Positions 44,701 through 54,600 of a DNA stretch of 64,000 bases are shown here, one piece after another (position 1 is the stretch's first letter; each line of letters begins with the position of its first letter). A model generated the notes under the pieces. It was not told the DNA's origin, did not search any database, and was given only the letters and a program-made list of their open reading frames with translations. Source of the DNA: Histomonas meleagridis 2922-C6/04-290x (Eukaryota > Protista > Parabasalia); assembly GCA_020184695.1 (NCBI GenBank), contig JAANOX010000018.1, positions 186,001 through 250,000 on the forward strand, read 5' to 3'. The position numbers and the translations under genes were made by a program.

Positions 44701-46252
44701 ATAAAAATGAATCACTAACAGATAACATAAAGTTAAAATATTTCACAATATTAAATAATGTAATTGGATGTTCAGGTCTTAAAAGGAAAGTAAAATGTTG
44801 AAGTAATTCACCTCCATCATCTTCACCAAAATTAAAGATAATAGAAAAAATTAAATCTTTTAGATTAACCAAATATTTACTACATTTATTTGTAAACACA
44901 AAATCATTAAATATTTTTGGTTGTATTAAAAATACCCATTGATGATTTTTATGCATTAACTCAACAACTGTTTTAACGTCACAAGCAAATAACACAGCAA
45001 CTAAAATATAAAAATAATATAATGATTCTTGTTGTGAAAATATTATAATGATTTCTTCTAAAATTGATTCGTTCTCTGAACATATCGATGATAAAATTGT
45101 ATAAATACTTGCCAAAATTGGATAACTTTGGAAATAAATCGGAGCAACAGAATTTAATTGATATGTTGTATCTTTTAACTCAAAGTTATCTTCTGCAAAA
45201 ACATATTTTTGATAAATATCAAGATATTCATCAAGTTTTAATGTGGTTTCAATGTTTACTGGTTCAATATCAGGATGAAATTCAAGTTGTGAACTCCATT
45301 GGATAAAGATCATTATACTTGGAATAATATTCATCATTCGTGGCTTAAAATGTGATATTGTTTGTATAAGTTTCATTAAATTAATACCTAAATTTAAATA
45401 TGTGTTTGATGCTTCTTTTGAAGTGATTCGCTCAAATACATTTTTGGATATATTAATAAGACTTGAAAATGTTTGATCATCAAAAAAGCTTAAAATATCA
45501 TTGTTGCTCTGAATAAACTGACTAAATTCACCAAATTTATCATCATAACATTGGAAACATTCGAAGTTTTTGATGATGAATGTTAGTATCGGCTTTATTT
45601 CTTCACTTCTAATTTTTGTATTTTTGATAAAGTCTAAGAGCAAAAAAAATAGTATCATGATAAGATTAGAAAGAGACGTCTTTTGTTTCATATATTTAGT
45701 TAATGTTGTTAATAATGGTTGTAATAAATATAACATGTCAATTAAATATTTGGGACTTGTATGAAGTAAAGCTTGGATAATTGAAACATCATTGATATAA
45801 GTTTTAGGAAAAAATGTTGAAAAATTGTTTTCTAGAATATTTGGAAGTTGGGAATGAAGTTGATAATCCCAAGCAATATAAGCTCGAAACAAATGTGGGG
45901 AAGCATAATCGGCAATGTTAGTTAAAGAAATTTCATCAAAATGTGAATTGAGCAAAAGTTTAGAAAATTTGAAATAATGTGAAGAAATTGGTGAATCAAG
46001 ATGAAATAAAACTAAAAGAGATTCCTTTGGATTGGATTCAATGGAATCTGATTCAGCTAATATTGCTTTTGTTTTTACATCAGGAAAATTAAAATTAGAA
46101 TAATGTGCTTGTAATTGTGAATCTTTTGGAACATTTGTTATTTTTTGTCCTGTTTCTGATGTAAAATACTTTATCCATATGTTGTACTCCCTTTCTTCTA
46201 ATTTAAATTTTTTAAATATCCGGAATTTTGCTTTTAAACCCTTCAGAGACAT
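38726..46252 (-). CDS. BEACH-domain protein (PH-BEACH-WD40; neurobeachin/LYST-like)
   Basis: KWMNGNISNYEYIYWLNMLSGRSFHDLSQYPIYPW, YRDLSKPIGALN, HYSAP, RELIPEFY, DVALPKWA, LESRYVSEHLNEWIDLIFG, WD40 (ITGSDDSSIIVW). Confidence 0.95.
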   Translation of the reverse strand: MSLKGLKAKFRIFKKFKLEEREYNIWIKYFTSETGQKITNVPKDSQLQAHYSNFNFPDVKTKAILAESDSIESNPKESLLVLFHLDSPISSHYFKFSKLLLNSHFDEISLTNIADYASPHLFRAYIAWDYQLHSQLPNILENNFSTFFPKTYINDVSIIQALLHTSPKYLIDMLYLLQPLLTTLTKYMKQKTSLSNLIMILFFLLLDFIKNTKIRSEEIKPILTFIIKNFECFQCYDDKFGEFSQFIQSNNDILSFFDDQTFSSLINISKNVFERITSKEASNTYLNLGINLMKLIQTISHFKPRMMNIIPSIMIFIQWSSQLEFHPDIEPVNIETTLKLDEYLDIYQKYVFAEDNFELKDTTYQLNSVAPIYFQSYPILASIYTILSSICSENESILEEIIIIFSQQESLYYFYILVAVLFACDVKTVVELMHKNHQWVFLIQPKIFNDFVFTNKCSKYLVNLKDLIFSIIFNFGEDDGGELLQHFTFLLRPEHPITLFNIVKYFNFMLSVSDSFLSNLFHTNILDMLIDCYKTYKSYLLNNKDLENEETIAMLKSKKMIVIFYNSITQDVNSFDFLFKNNKQVEFLTELLFEKDVFEIASDIITKGFQMNDITLLLKQFKILIKISFENCKDPNWQHLIQSLIEMILVSLATNKINVTNAFIKLGFIDLFSKIPYEFSKSGNDSFLNQIIHFFAIYCSLSPVIRNEISNQQNNFLINLKKGIDETKIDNQTIELLKKLSIYDSSLYVIEGIQLLFYLVKFKCYQENIFQFLEKMTQTSIVNRYQCFRANLIPGLLDFLKDNPNDLVFDLFSQIGASFFGLRDLTYTFKIISQSQNNISIKLLKSLLKMIKFKTNSSDPNSFFHFTSKSLFRIDKFEIPNNFIIEMKILFLKQQVGMSPIFKIFSLTQRLILYSFQNKVILSLFTNDTESQIQLSTKLQTSKWLKLTLKMFKTTITFCIDDDIQTFAFVPGTINNKFYFDPSLVTFKIKGINSFISYINISSKEDNFLISLSPSSTKYNSLTKTVFTGITIPFSTSFFDAIHVSGGPQIFLPLFDNISDRSNSSEYFSCLIELTQKILENNESQFENQHFFRALGYLLFTNNSTYLNVCCFETLYSMYRIVKNQNLKREMLKYIFGNFLLWKQIDQENQILLFSNVFVGLLQNDPDLFTQVLSFHDMLIMFCSVFESATGEILAKFWNFLMLLSETKFTDEDSKVLISSAIQLNSTDELFVYSMELIIHLISNRSTHLIKFLEEIGFYTIFIEGINSRCENSRLISLNCIYYVHSILQDDNLSIEIINTIRLFNISEHSDLALINIMNYIYKTFDYDEFPHICQSFDFDTYKVIEYPQFLPIFSYCIFISNEDTRHKYCDHLKKSFDSNEESRKNCYKCKFWITWLILISICDKNTTEWIQTIEEIILTSKENIFNSIKELYLICYLNGINVLETIKEILSVSIFKEDSEDLILELHKFIFFKRNEKQNISEPDSIHSFAQRIVMQNDFKFDFQLNLELNYKDLSSLIFSTRNLISKGINFYNKKSQLIPNINNFTLICYYIQLISTQLPIDAKSLLENLFENIKKNNLSSNYLDGFIILYNSFVKDEKCLNEILEIIKIIDQSKNTSKVPINELSTELKENVTKEFTNIIPLYEKEFTKSLLTLNNSLKDAFQRFFIDTFQKLNPIYPLLYNKVTNFTTEISRIKSSDIHFWRNLIKSLHNQNGGPWNTIPENPHYKFSTVLDLIGRRNKFKVNRHFTDHKDASLLRDSGESDNQLKSLQHIEIESKDDAIESPDNYTLELDSQMVTVTKYFKGTMYVSNSAIYFEAKQTTDAFGDLLDKTSKLIEIPLNEIKFILKRKYLHIDTAIEVFTDYDTSFFFILQNNKHRTMFFTEIQKFKPKNLLFIQTGSAHKLFTNLKLQLKWMNGNISNYEYIYWLNMLSGRSFHDLSQYPIYPWVIQDYDNKVLDFYDKSIYRDLSKPIGALNEDRLRSLRELYDDSRDSPFSCLYRFHYSAPAYVISFLIRKEPFTTLHIQLQKGKFDNPNRLFTGIRSTWNSIYNALNDFRELIPEFYSTPEFLINEDNYDLGNYYNSDGVTQPVGDVALPKWAKSHLSYIVMNRIALESRYVSEHLNEWIDLIFGCKQDLIEYNNLFHPYSNSISITQEPDSIPTIQQHAANFGITPNKLFNTSHPQRQFKPPFSLLLHNANALTLQHKTLKKFEKMPIKIKTNENGFDILLNDGKFVSYVFENDNIELLKDPQTILTMQVPNERIILGTNYKKESYVLFSEPYSHTFWRISKTKKYESSKQHLTAISIIVADKDFCITGSDDSSIIVWNLDSGIPISLIVAHIYPIAALAVSMMLQVVVSCDTNGNFVISSLKNGEFLHKSKINEVPKSILISNLGIYILLFDVYHEMNNKTKIMLVDMSCRIIKEIEINGISTAAKIIENFDASAFLVIAQDDGKIHILRAYDLETIFWLRVEHKVLDFAYSMNDLKLYFIMDDNSINTCSFLDVSRNK

Positions 46253-46613
46253 TTTTGTGGGTTTAAATTAAAACGGTTTTGACTCGCGGTTATTGATACA
46301 AAAAAAGCGGTTGTCCATAGAACATTGCGCAGTGTTTTTATTTTATATATTAAAAAAATAAATTTTCCTGTATACTTTATTTAATTAAACACAAAAGACA
46401 TCAATTTGTTCGTATATATTAAATCAAAATTTATATTTTTTACTTCGACAAAAATAACTCTTTGAATCTGTACTCGGTGGAAATGTTCATCAAATCGATC
46501 TTTATTGTTAGAATCAGAAAGAGTATCAAAAACGTTTGGATTCGCTTTTAATTTCCAAAGTCATTTAGCTTAAAAAAGTCAGAAGAAAAAAATTAATTAA
46601 TTTTATTGAATAT

Positions 46614-47630
46614 TTATGAAATTAAACTGACATCAAGCATTCCATCAACACTGGATGCAAGTGCTTTGTATAATGGTAATGAATTCGTGAAATAAAGAAT
46701 TGCAAATATCGACATTGCAAGAAATGAGAAACCAGCTATAGCTGCGAAGAAAACACCATAGAAGTTATTCTTACCACCAAACCATTGTAATGTCGCAATG
46801 ATTAATACCTTTGTTCCTCCGAATGAGCTGACGTCAAAATTGTTCTGAATTTCGACGGTTATTGTATTTCCTGCAATTTTTGTGTCTTCGCTGTAGATTC
46901 CCCAAAGCTTACGGAACTTAGAGAAAGGTGCTGTTTGGACCCAGTTAACGAAGTGTTCATTTGTTTGATTTCCAGGGAATAATGTTTCATCAAGCCATTG
47001 ATTAGCTAGAGCATATTCTGAACTTGGATGCTTAAAAATGCTCCTAAGGCCACTGGAAGCAATACCAGATTCACTGAGAGGTTTGGTAAAGCCTGTGATG
47101 GCAAATGTATCATTGAAAACAGACATTGGAAGAGTACCACATGGAACATATGCACCAGTTGTGAAGTTTGTTCCATTTTGAATCATAGGCGAACATGAGC
47201 TAAGTTGCGTTTTATCAGGTGCTTTACCTTGAAGTTGATCCCAATTAATTGAATCAGAATACATGAAGTTGTTTTGATAAAAATTAGTTAGTTGATAATA
47301 AACATAGAAAGGACCTATACTTCCCATATCCTTTTCGGTTAAGTTAATTGTTAGTTGACATTTTGGTGTAGTACAATTAGTATAATCGAATTCTTTTTCG
47401 AAAATTTCATTATTATTAACGAAGAAAGCGATACAAAAAGCTAAGGATACCAAGAAAAATGCCAAGTAAACGAAAGAAGCGGACAAAGGAGTCAAAAATG
47501 GACGACAAGCTGGAAGTCTTTGTTGCCTGAATTTACTTTGCGAATTTGGGATAGTTGCCACCACCTGCGGCTGGTTCATCTCTTCTTCGTAATTCTCTGT
47601 TAATGTGTTGAACTCGAGTCCAGACTCCAT
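46614..47630 (-). CDS. CDC50: CDC50/LEM3 family P4-ATPase beta subunit (ATG 47630)
   Basis: SKFRQQRLPA, two TM helices, YVYYQLTNFYQN, PCG, NEHFVNW..APFSKFRKLWG, FGGTK, WFGGKNNF. Confidence 0.93.
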   Translation of the reverse strand: MESGLEFNTLTENYEEEMNQPQVVATIPNSQSKFRQQRLPACRPFLTPLSASFVYLAFFLVSLAFCIAFFVNNNEIFEKEFDYTNCTTPKCQLTINLTEKDMGSIGPFYVYYQLTNFYQNNFMYSDSINWDQLQGKAPDKTQLSSCSPMIQNGTNFTTGAYVPCGTLPMSVFNDTFAITGFTKPLSESGIASSGLRSIFKHPSSEYALANQWLDETLFPGNQTNEHFVNWVQTAPFSKFRKLWGIYSEDTKIAGNTITVEIQNNFDVSSFGGTKVLIIATLQWFGGKNNFYGVFFAAIAGFSFLAMSIFAILYFTNSLPLYKALASSVDGMLDVSLIS

Positions 47631-47749
47631 CTCAGTCTTGGAGAGGTTATTTGCCGTTCGAGTGTTGAAATGTTTACACCGGCTTTTTGAGTGGTACAAA
47701 AAATCATTAAAAACATTTTTTAAGGTTTATTTTACAAAATATTTTTTTT

Positions 47750-50254
47750 TTATGCCCATTTATCTGTAATTCTCTTATCATATTTCTGACAATTTTGTAA
47801 CAGCATTAAAACGGCTGACGGGAATATACCGATTGTTGATATTTCATCTCTGTTAAATAATGAATCGAAAAAACCTCTTTGTATTACGAAATGTTGTAAG
47901 AACTTATTAATGGAATAAATATGTTTCAACTTTGAGCATGCCAAAACCCAAACTAAACAATCGTCTTGTTTTAAGTCTTTTGAGTTTTCACATAAAGTTG
48001 AAACGGTATTAATCATTTCGATTACATAATGTACCATTATCGATATGCCAGAATTCGATTTAATATGTCCTAATAAATCACGCGCACGTTCTAAGTATCG
48101 AAGTTTAAAGAAGAAAGACGACGCTTGTCTTTGTTCGATTTCTTTAATTATTTCATCCGAATGTTGTTCTAAGATTTTGTTTAAGATGATCGAACGTTTC
48201 CAATAATTATTCGATGATTTAGCAATGTTAAAACGTCGAAATGTAATATGATCAGTTAATCGATAATATAATATTCGACATATTTGTGATATATATTGTT
48301 CTTGGACATAAAATTCTTTTAAAGTTTTACTTGCAACTGATATAATTTTCTTGGCTTGCGTATCAAGAACTTTAATATCGCCAATGAATTCATGACTTCG
48401 AAACATTGCAACTTTAAAGTTTTCACGCATTGTATCGTTAATAAATATTTCGGTGATTTGTAATAACAAATGACTTTGTACATTTTTACGGATTTCTTGG
48501 ACAATGTTTAAAGCATTTAACATTTTATTATATTGTGTTTGTAATGATGAATTTCGATCAGTTGCTTTTAATAATAATTTCGATCGATTTTCAGCAATGA
48601 TATTAATTCGATTAATTAATTCATTATAGTCTTTAATGTTATTAATCGCATATGATATAACTGATGACGCTTGAAGGATATCTTTATCTTCAAAGAATAA
48701 TGGAATGATTTTCGATAATAAGATAAACAAATCTTTAATACTTTTGATTTTAACTGAACTTAATAATGTTTCGAATTGTGGAAATTCAGTAATGATATTA
48801 CATAATTGTTCGACATATGGATCATTTGATTTCTCTGTTTTGTTATTAAATACTTTTGTGGAGAATAATGACATGAATTCCATATTCTTCGCTGCATCAG
48901 TTACTTCTTTTTGTCGTAATATTACTATCTTAAAATGTTCAAATGCATATTGATTCTTCTCTGGTACTGTTTGTATTTGTTCTAATGCTTTATCAAGTTC
49001 CGGGAATTTATTCTTCGGTATACATAACGCTGCTTTATGTAATAATAATACATCAGTACCTTTAATTAATATTTCTTTTGGAAAGTTCGGATTAATACTT
49101 AATAATTCCGTCTCTTGAATCATTGGTATTAATTCGATATTAATTGAACATATCTTATTAATTATTTTATCTAAATCAACTTTGTCATAATCATCAAATA
49201 CTTTAAGAATTTTCTCTTTAAAGATAATCGATGGTGATTTAGAATATTTTGTTCGAAAGATATCCGCAATGTCTTTAGATGGCATCCAATCTTTATGCGA
49301 TGGATGCCATGGCTGTAATCCTAATACTTCAGGATTATCTAATGCTTCATTAATGAAACATTCGAAAAATAATAATTGGATATTAACATTAAGTTTCTTT
49401 AAATGACGCATTAAACGAAAGACGCCGCGTGGTAATAACTCTAAACAATCATATAATACATTAAGAACTTGTATCGCATACTCAAGAATTTGACTCCAAT
49501 AATCAAATGGAGCAACACTTCCCGTTGATGGAATGGTTTGGAATGTGTTTTTGATGTTGCAAAGTTGTGATAATGAATAAAGTTTCACTATAATTGGCTC
49601 TAATGTTTGTAAATATGAAAACGATGAACCATTAAATAAATATGTGCGGAAAAATGTGGCAAATGGTTCATATTCCTCTGTGCTGGCTTTCACTTGTGGC
49701 ATCTTTAAGCGAGTTTTTTGGGGAATTTTAAATTCTTTGTAATGGATTTTGTTTCGAAATTGTAAATTTGAAATTTGCTTTAAAACTTTATATAATAATT
49801 CATCTTCACACTTGCACCAGCCTTGTTGGAAAATGGTAAGTAAAAGAGAACTTGAAAGATTCTTAAGTTTGGTTGGTTCATGAAAACAATATTCATAGAG
49901 AATTTCTGCAAATATTTTGGGATTACGATGAAGCATTGACGCAAGATTAGAATAATAGTTAAGAACATTGAAACTAACAAAGTTTGGACAATACTCAAGT
50001 TTGGAAAATTTTAAACCTTGAAAAGATTGTGATTGTAATATTTTTTGGATTGATCCACTCGCCTCTTCTGATTGACTAATTTTCATACGTACAAGTGAGA
50101 GAAGTCGAAGTTCACAAATGAAATCATTTGAATACTTGATTAATCCAGTTGTTAATTCTTCTTGCTTTTTAGTTTGAGGATCGAGCTGAACTGCAATTGA
50201 AAATAAGTTGTTTTGAGTTTTAGATAGGCTTTCCAAAAGGAGTTCTTCGCTCAT
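47750..50254 (-). CDS. GAPVD1/RME-6-like protein (degenerate RasGAP fold + VPS9-like C-terminus); probable ATG 50254
   Basis: LHRNPKIFA, EDELLYKVL, LPRGVFRL, FFECFINEALDNPEVLG recall the GAPVD1 RasGAP-like domain; the C-terminal QDDCLVWVL...FPSAV is VPS9-like. Confidence 0.5.
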   Translation of the reverse strand: MSEELLLESLSKTQNNLFSIAVQLDPQTKKQEELTTGLIKYSNDFICELRLLSLVRMKISQSEEASGSIQKILQSQSFQGLKFSKLEYCPNFVSFNVLNYYSNLASMLHRNPKIFAEILYEYCFHEPTKLKNLSSSLLLTIFQQGWCKCEDELLYKVLKQISNLQFRNKIHYKEFKIPQKTRLKMPQVKASTEEYEPFATFFRTYLFNGSSFSYLQTLEPIIVKLYSLSQLCNIKNTFQTIPSTGSVAPFDYWSQILEYAIQVLNVLYDCLELLPRGVFRLMRHLKKLNVNIQLLFFECFINEALDNPEVLGLQPWHPSHKDWMPSKDIADIFRTKYSKSPSIIFKEKILKVFDDYDKVDLDKIINKICSINIELIPMIQETELLSINPNFPKEILIKGTDVLLLHKAALCIPKNKFPELDKALEQIQTVPEKNQYAFEHFKIVILRQKEVTDAAKNMEFMSLFSTKVFNNKTEKSNDPYVEQLCNIITEFPQFETLLSSVKIKSIKDLFILLSKIIPLFFEDKDILQASSVISYAINNIKDYNELINRINIIAENRSKLLLKATDRNSSLQTQYNKMLNALNIVQEIRKNVQSHLLLQITEIFINDTMRENFKVAMFRSHEFIGDIKVLDTQAKKIISVASKTLKEFYVQEQYISQICRILYYRLTDHITFRRFNIAKSSNNYWKRSIILNKILEQHSDEIIKEIEQRQASSFFFKLRYLERARDLLGHIKSNSGISIMVHYVIEMINTVSTLCENSKDLKQDDCLVWVLACSKLKHIYSINKFLQHFVIQRGFFDSLFNRDEISTIGIFPSAVLMLLQNCQKYDKRITDKWA

Positions 50255-50700
50255 CCTTGAAAAGTTATTTTTGTACTTTTTCTGCACTTTATATTTCTTT
50301 TGAGAACTTTATATCGCTGGTGACACGTTCAAAATGTCATTTTTCCAAAAAATCAAAAATTAGATCAAATTTAGAACGCAAAAAATTTAATCATAATTCA
50401 AGAAAACTACAAACATAAACTGTAAACAACGAAAAAAATTAAAGAAAAACATTTTTTCTAAAAAAATAAAAACATAAATCTTCTGTTAATTAATCATAGA
50501 TTAAAAAGAAATATGAAAAGATAACTAATGTAAGAATCACAGTATATGTTAACAAATACATTTTTTCTAAAAAAAATTAATTTGAAAATTTGAAAATAAT
50601 TTTTAAATCTTAAAATTAAATTAATGAAAATTTACAAAGTCTTATTGTTTAGTTGAAAAAACTATGTAAAAATGATAACGTTTCTTTAGTTGAGAAATAC

Positions 50701-51303
50701 TTACCAACCATATGAAAGCGGAGTATTGATTGTGTTTTCACTGCCGCTGAAGTCATCACTCCTCTTACGGCAGACATGACAAAATGCTACGATGATACCA
50801 ATTAACAATAAGAAGAAAATACCAAGCAAGCATCCACCAATAGCTTTCCTTGCAACACCGAAAGAAGAATCGAAAACACTTTGGCATGTGTTATTTGAGG
50901 TATTTGAGTTCCAAGTATAGCAGTTAAATGTCTTTTCAAATGAAGATCTGAAATCAGGATTGGATTGGAACTCGCGAGAAATTACTTCTGAGATGGCACC
51001 ACCAAGAGCTAAAATGACAATAGCCATAATCAATACGAAAATTGCGTATACAATGTAGATAATTGAAAGAATGCATTTGACGCATCTATTTTTTGAGAAT
51101 GAAGCATAAATTCCGAAGATGAAAACAACGATTGAGATTACTAAAGCAATGATAAGACCTGTTTTCAAAGATGCTGAATATCCTTCAAAGTTCTTATTAA
51201 CAGCGTATAAAGCAATAGAAAACAACGCAACAGTAGCGCCAACTGTTATGAGCGTTAACAGCGTGAAGCCAATGCCTCCAACAAACTTTCCGCACTTGCC
51301 CAT
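50701..51303 (-). CDS. Tetraspanin (ATG 51303)
   Basis: Four TM helices, Cys-containing loop (FEKTFNCYTW...TCQSVF), juxtamembrane Cys residues. Confidence 0.85.
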   Translation of the reverse strand: MGKCGKFVGGIGFTLLTLITVGATVALFSIALYAVNKNFEGYSASLKTGLIIALVISIVVFIFGIYASFSKNRCVKCILSIIYIVYAIFVLIMAIVILALGGAISEVISREFQSNPDFRSSFEKTFNCYTWNSNTSNNTCQSVFDSSFGVARKAIGGCLLGIFFLLLIGIIVAFCHVCRKRSDDFSGSENTINTPLSYGW

Positions 51304-51668
51304 TTTCAATCTGAGCCGACGGCAATTAACCGTCGGGTCAAATCTCGTTTGACACCTGAAATTGAATGGTAAACGATATTAGCTTGTATTTTCTGTCAAA
51401 CCGGATTTTTACATCCGCCGAAGAAAAACCGATAAAAAATATTTTTTTCATCTTCAGAACATATTTATCAATAAATTTCAGAGTCAACAAAACACTAAAA
51501 GTATTTATCAATTATTTTTTTTTAATCATTAAACAATATTCTCAATGGAAATTGATTTTTTTTGAAGTAATTTTAGACGAATTTGACAATGGTTAAACAA
51601 CTCAACTTTTTGATTAAAAAATTCGAATTTATACTCAAAATTGAAATGATACGATCACAATTTGTTTA

Positions 51669-54600
51669 TTACAAGAATGCAATACCATCCAAAGATTCCC
51701 CATCCTTATTAATCAATCTCGGCACCACATTGAAGAAAATCGGTGGTGCAGGCAATGAATCTGTCAAATGTGCGAAGCATATGTCATAACATTGTCTTTT
51801 ATGTTCGGCCTTAATTATCATATATCTTAAAATGATATTTCTCTCACCACTTAACTGATATGCCACTAAGCATTGATAGAAGTCAGCAGTACCTTTTTGT
51901 AATTGAAATGCGCCATGATCAAATCTATGTAACATCACAGCTCTACTTCTTAAAGCCATTTGTACCAAAGGCCTTAAGTTATGTGTTAAGAACGTAATCT
52001 TAAAAGAGCCGACTGGAGTTGTGAATGTAAAATCGGATTTTTTGGTCATTTGTTTAGCATTTACAAGTATCAAAGGTATGACAAATGATTCTTTTCCAGT
52101 ATAAATTGCCATATATTCATCAAATATTATAACCTTCACTTGGTCTCTGTTTTTAAATGGTATTGATCGAGAGATAGCAAACTTTGGTCCGAAGAATGTT
52201 TTCAAATCTATGAAAAATTGCGGCCTAAAGATAAACAAAGGCTCTCTTTGTATTTCATCAATTTTTCCTAAGCAATGGACAATACTATAACCAATTGATT
52301 CTTCCATTGAAGAAACAAATTCTTTATCTTTTTGTGCAGATATAACTTTTAGATATTGTTTTGTCTTATTACATTGTACTTGTAACTTATCTTTTAAGAT
52401 GTGGTTAAACAATGGCTTATTATCGACAACTATTAAATGTTCTTCAATTAATGAGATGATTTTAAATGTTGTATCAATCCAAATTAAAGGATAAGAAAAG
52501 AAGTCAATGAACTTTTCTTTATGAGTTTGCTTTATAATTTCTTCAAAGATATCGATTTGTGTTGTCGCATATAATGATGAATAAGAATCGATATCAATTG
52601 TTGTTAATATGTACAACAAATGATGTAATGACTTACTAAAGTAATATGGATAAGTTGATGAGTTCCTTCGTTGTAATATTTGATAAGATATAAATAATAA
52701 TTTATCATAAAGTGATAAAAGCTTTGTTACAACTCCAGTAATTTTTTTGTTCTTAGAGAAGTGGATATTAATCTTCGTTAATGAACTCGAGAAGTTTTTC
52801 ATCAATTCATGGTTCTGCTTTATGTACTTGATGAAATAGCGGCCGATCAGCTGACGCTTCCAATAATGATAGAGAAAACTTTGACATTCTTCATCAGTCG
52901 ACAAAAGAAACGGCTGATCGTTTGCGTGAATTTTAGAGAGTTTAAATGAATTGTCAAATAATAACAAACACATATCAATGTCATTCTTAATAGCAGCGTA
53001 ATGTATTGGTAATATAGGGTGTTCAAAAAGTCCTGACCCCCCCTCCTATTATGGGCTGTGATTAGTTTATAAATAAAATATTCATATAATATTAAAATAT
53101 AGTTAATGAAGATCTTATATATGTGAAATATGTGATTTTTGATTAATTGCATATCGAGAAAAAAATTTAATTTTAATTTTTGGTGACGCGAAAAATTTGA
53201 GAAGAACCGTCACTTTTTTTCATGGATGCCGTCGAACAAAGATTCATTATTAAATTTCTCTTCCTCTCAGGAAAAAGATACAAAGCCATATACAGAGAAA
53301 TGTTCACTGTCTTGGGAAATAATACAGTTCATATAAGTACAGTCAAAAGGTGGTGTAGAAAATTCAAAAATGGTGACTTTTTCATGCCTTGATGAGGAAC
53401 GTACGGGGAGACCCCCATCTGATCTTGTTCATCCAATTTCAAAAATTCTTCAAAAGCAACCATTTATTTCAGCCCGCTTAATTGCAAAGCAATTATCAGT
53501 GACTCCAAATACTGTATTAAAAGTTCTTTATGAGGACATGGCATTGAGGCGCTTCACTAGGAAATGGGTCCCCCATGATTTGACGGAAGAACAAAAATTG
53601 GAAAGAGTCGATATGTCAAAATCAATTTTAAAAATATTAGAAAAAGCGGAAAAGAAAAATTTCATTAATATAATGACTGGGGATGAGTCATGGTTTTATT
53701 TTAATTATCAAAGTTCTTATATGTATGCAGCATCACGAGATGAAGTGCCAACCCGTACCCAAAAGAAAATTGACAGTGAAAAAATCATGCTGACAATGTT
53801 CTTCAATGGAAATTCCCTATTATGCATTGATTTTCTACCAAAAGGCAAAAAATATAATCAACGCTATTTCATCGATAATATTATTGAAGAAATAATTAAA
53901 AATATACAAAATGAGGATGAGGATCAATTGGACTTAGATCAAATGATGATTCATATGGACAATTGTAAAGTTCACAAAGGAAATTTAGTTCAACAAAAAT
54001 TAAATCAAATAAAGCTTAAATCCATTCCGCACCCACCTTATTCTCCTGACATCAGCCCATGCGACTTTTGGTTATTTGGTTATTTAAAAAAATATTTGGA
54101 AGATAAAGAGATAAAATCGAAACATCAATTAAAAACTCAAATTTTAACGGCATGGGAACACGTCAATTTTGAAGAGCTTCAAAGCGTGTTCTTGGAATGG
54201 ATCAAAAAGATTGAAGTGGATAATAGAAAACAATGGAGAATACTATATCACATAAATAAACAAGAATATCTAAAATTGTTTATTCATTGAGATAGGAGGG
54301 GGGGTCATGACTTTTTGAACACCCTATAATCCATTAGTAGTTCGAGAGTTAACATCGGAGCCTTTTTGTAACAAATATTTCACCATTTCTTTCGATTGAA
54401 TATTTGTCGCAGCATGTAATGGAGTAATTCCTGTTTTATCACACGAGTTCACAGGATAACCATTTTCGATCAATGATTTCATTTTGTCGAAGTTATTACT
54501 TTTAATTGCTTCGACTAATGGATTCGGTACTCCTTGCGAATGTAACAGACTGATACAATCGATGTTTTTATGTTTCACTGCAATATCTAATGCAGTTTTA

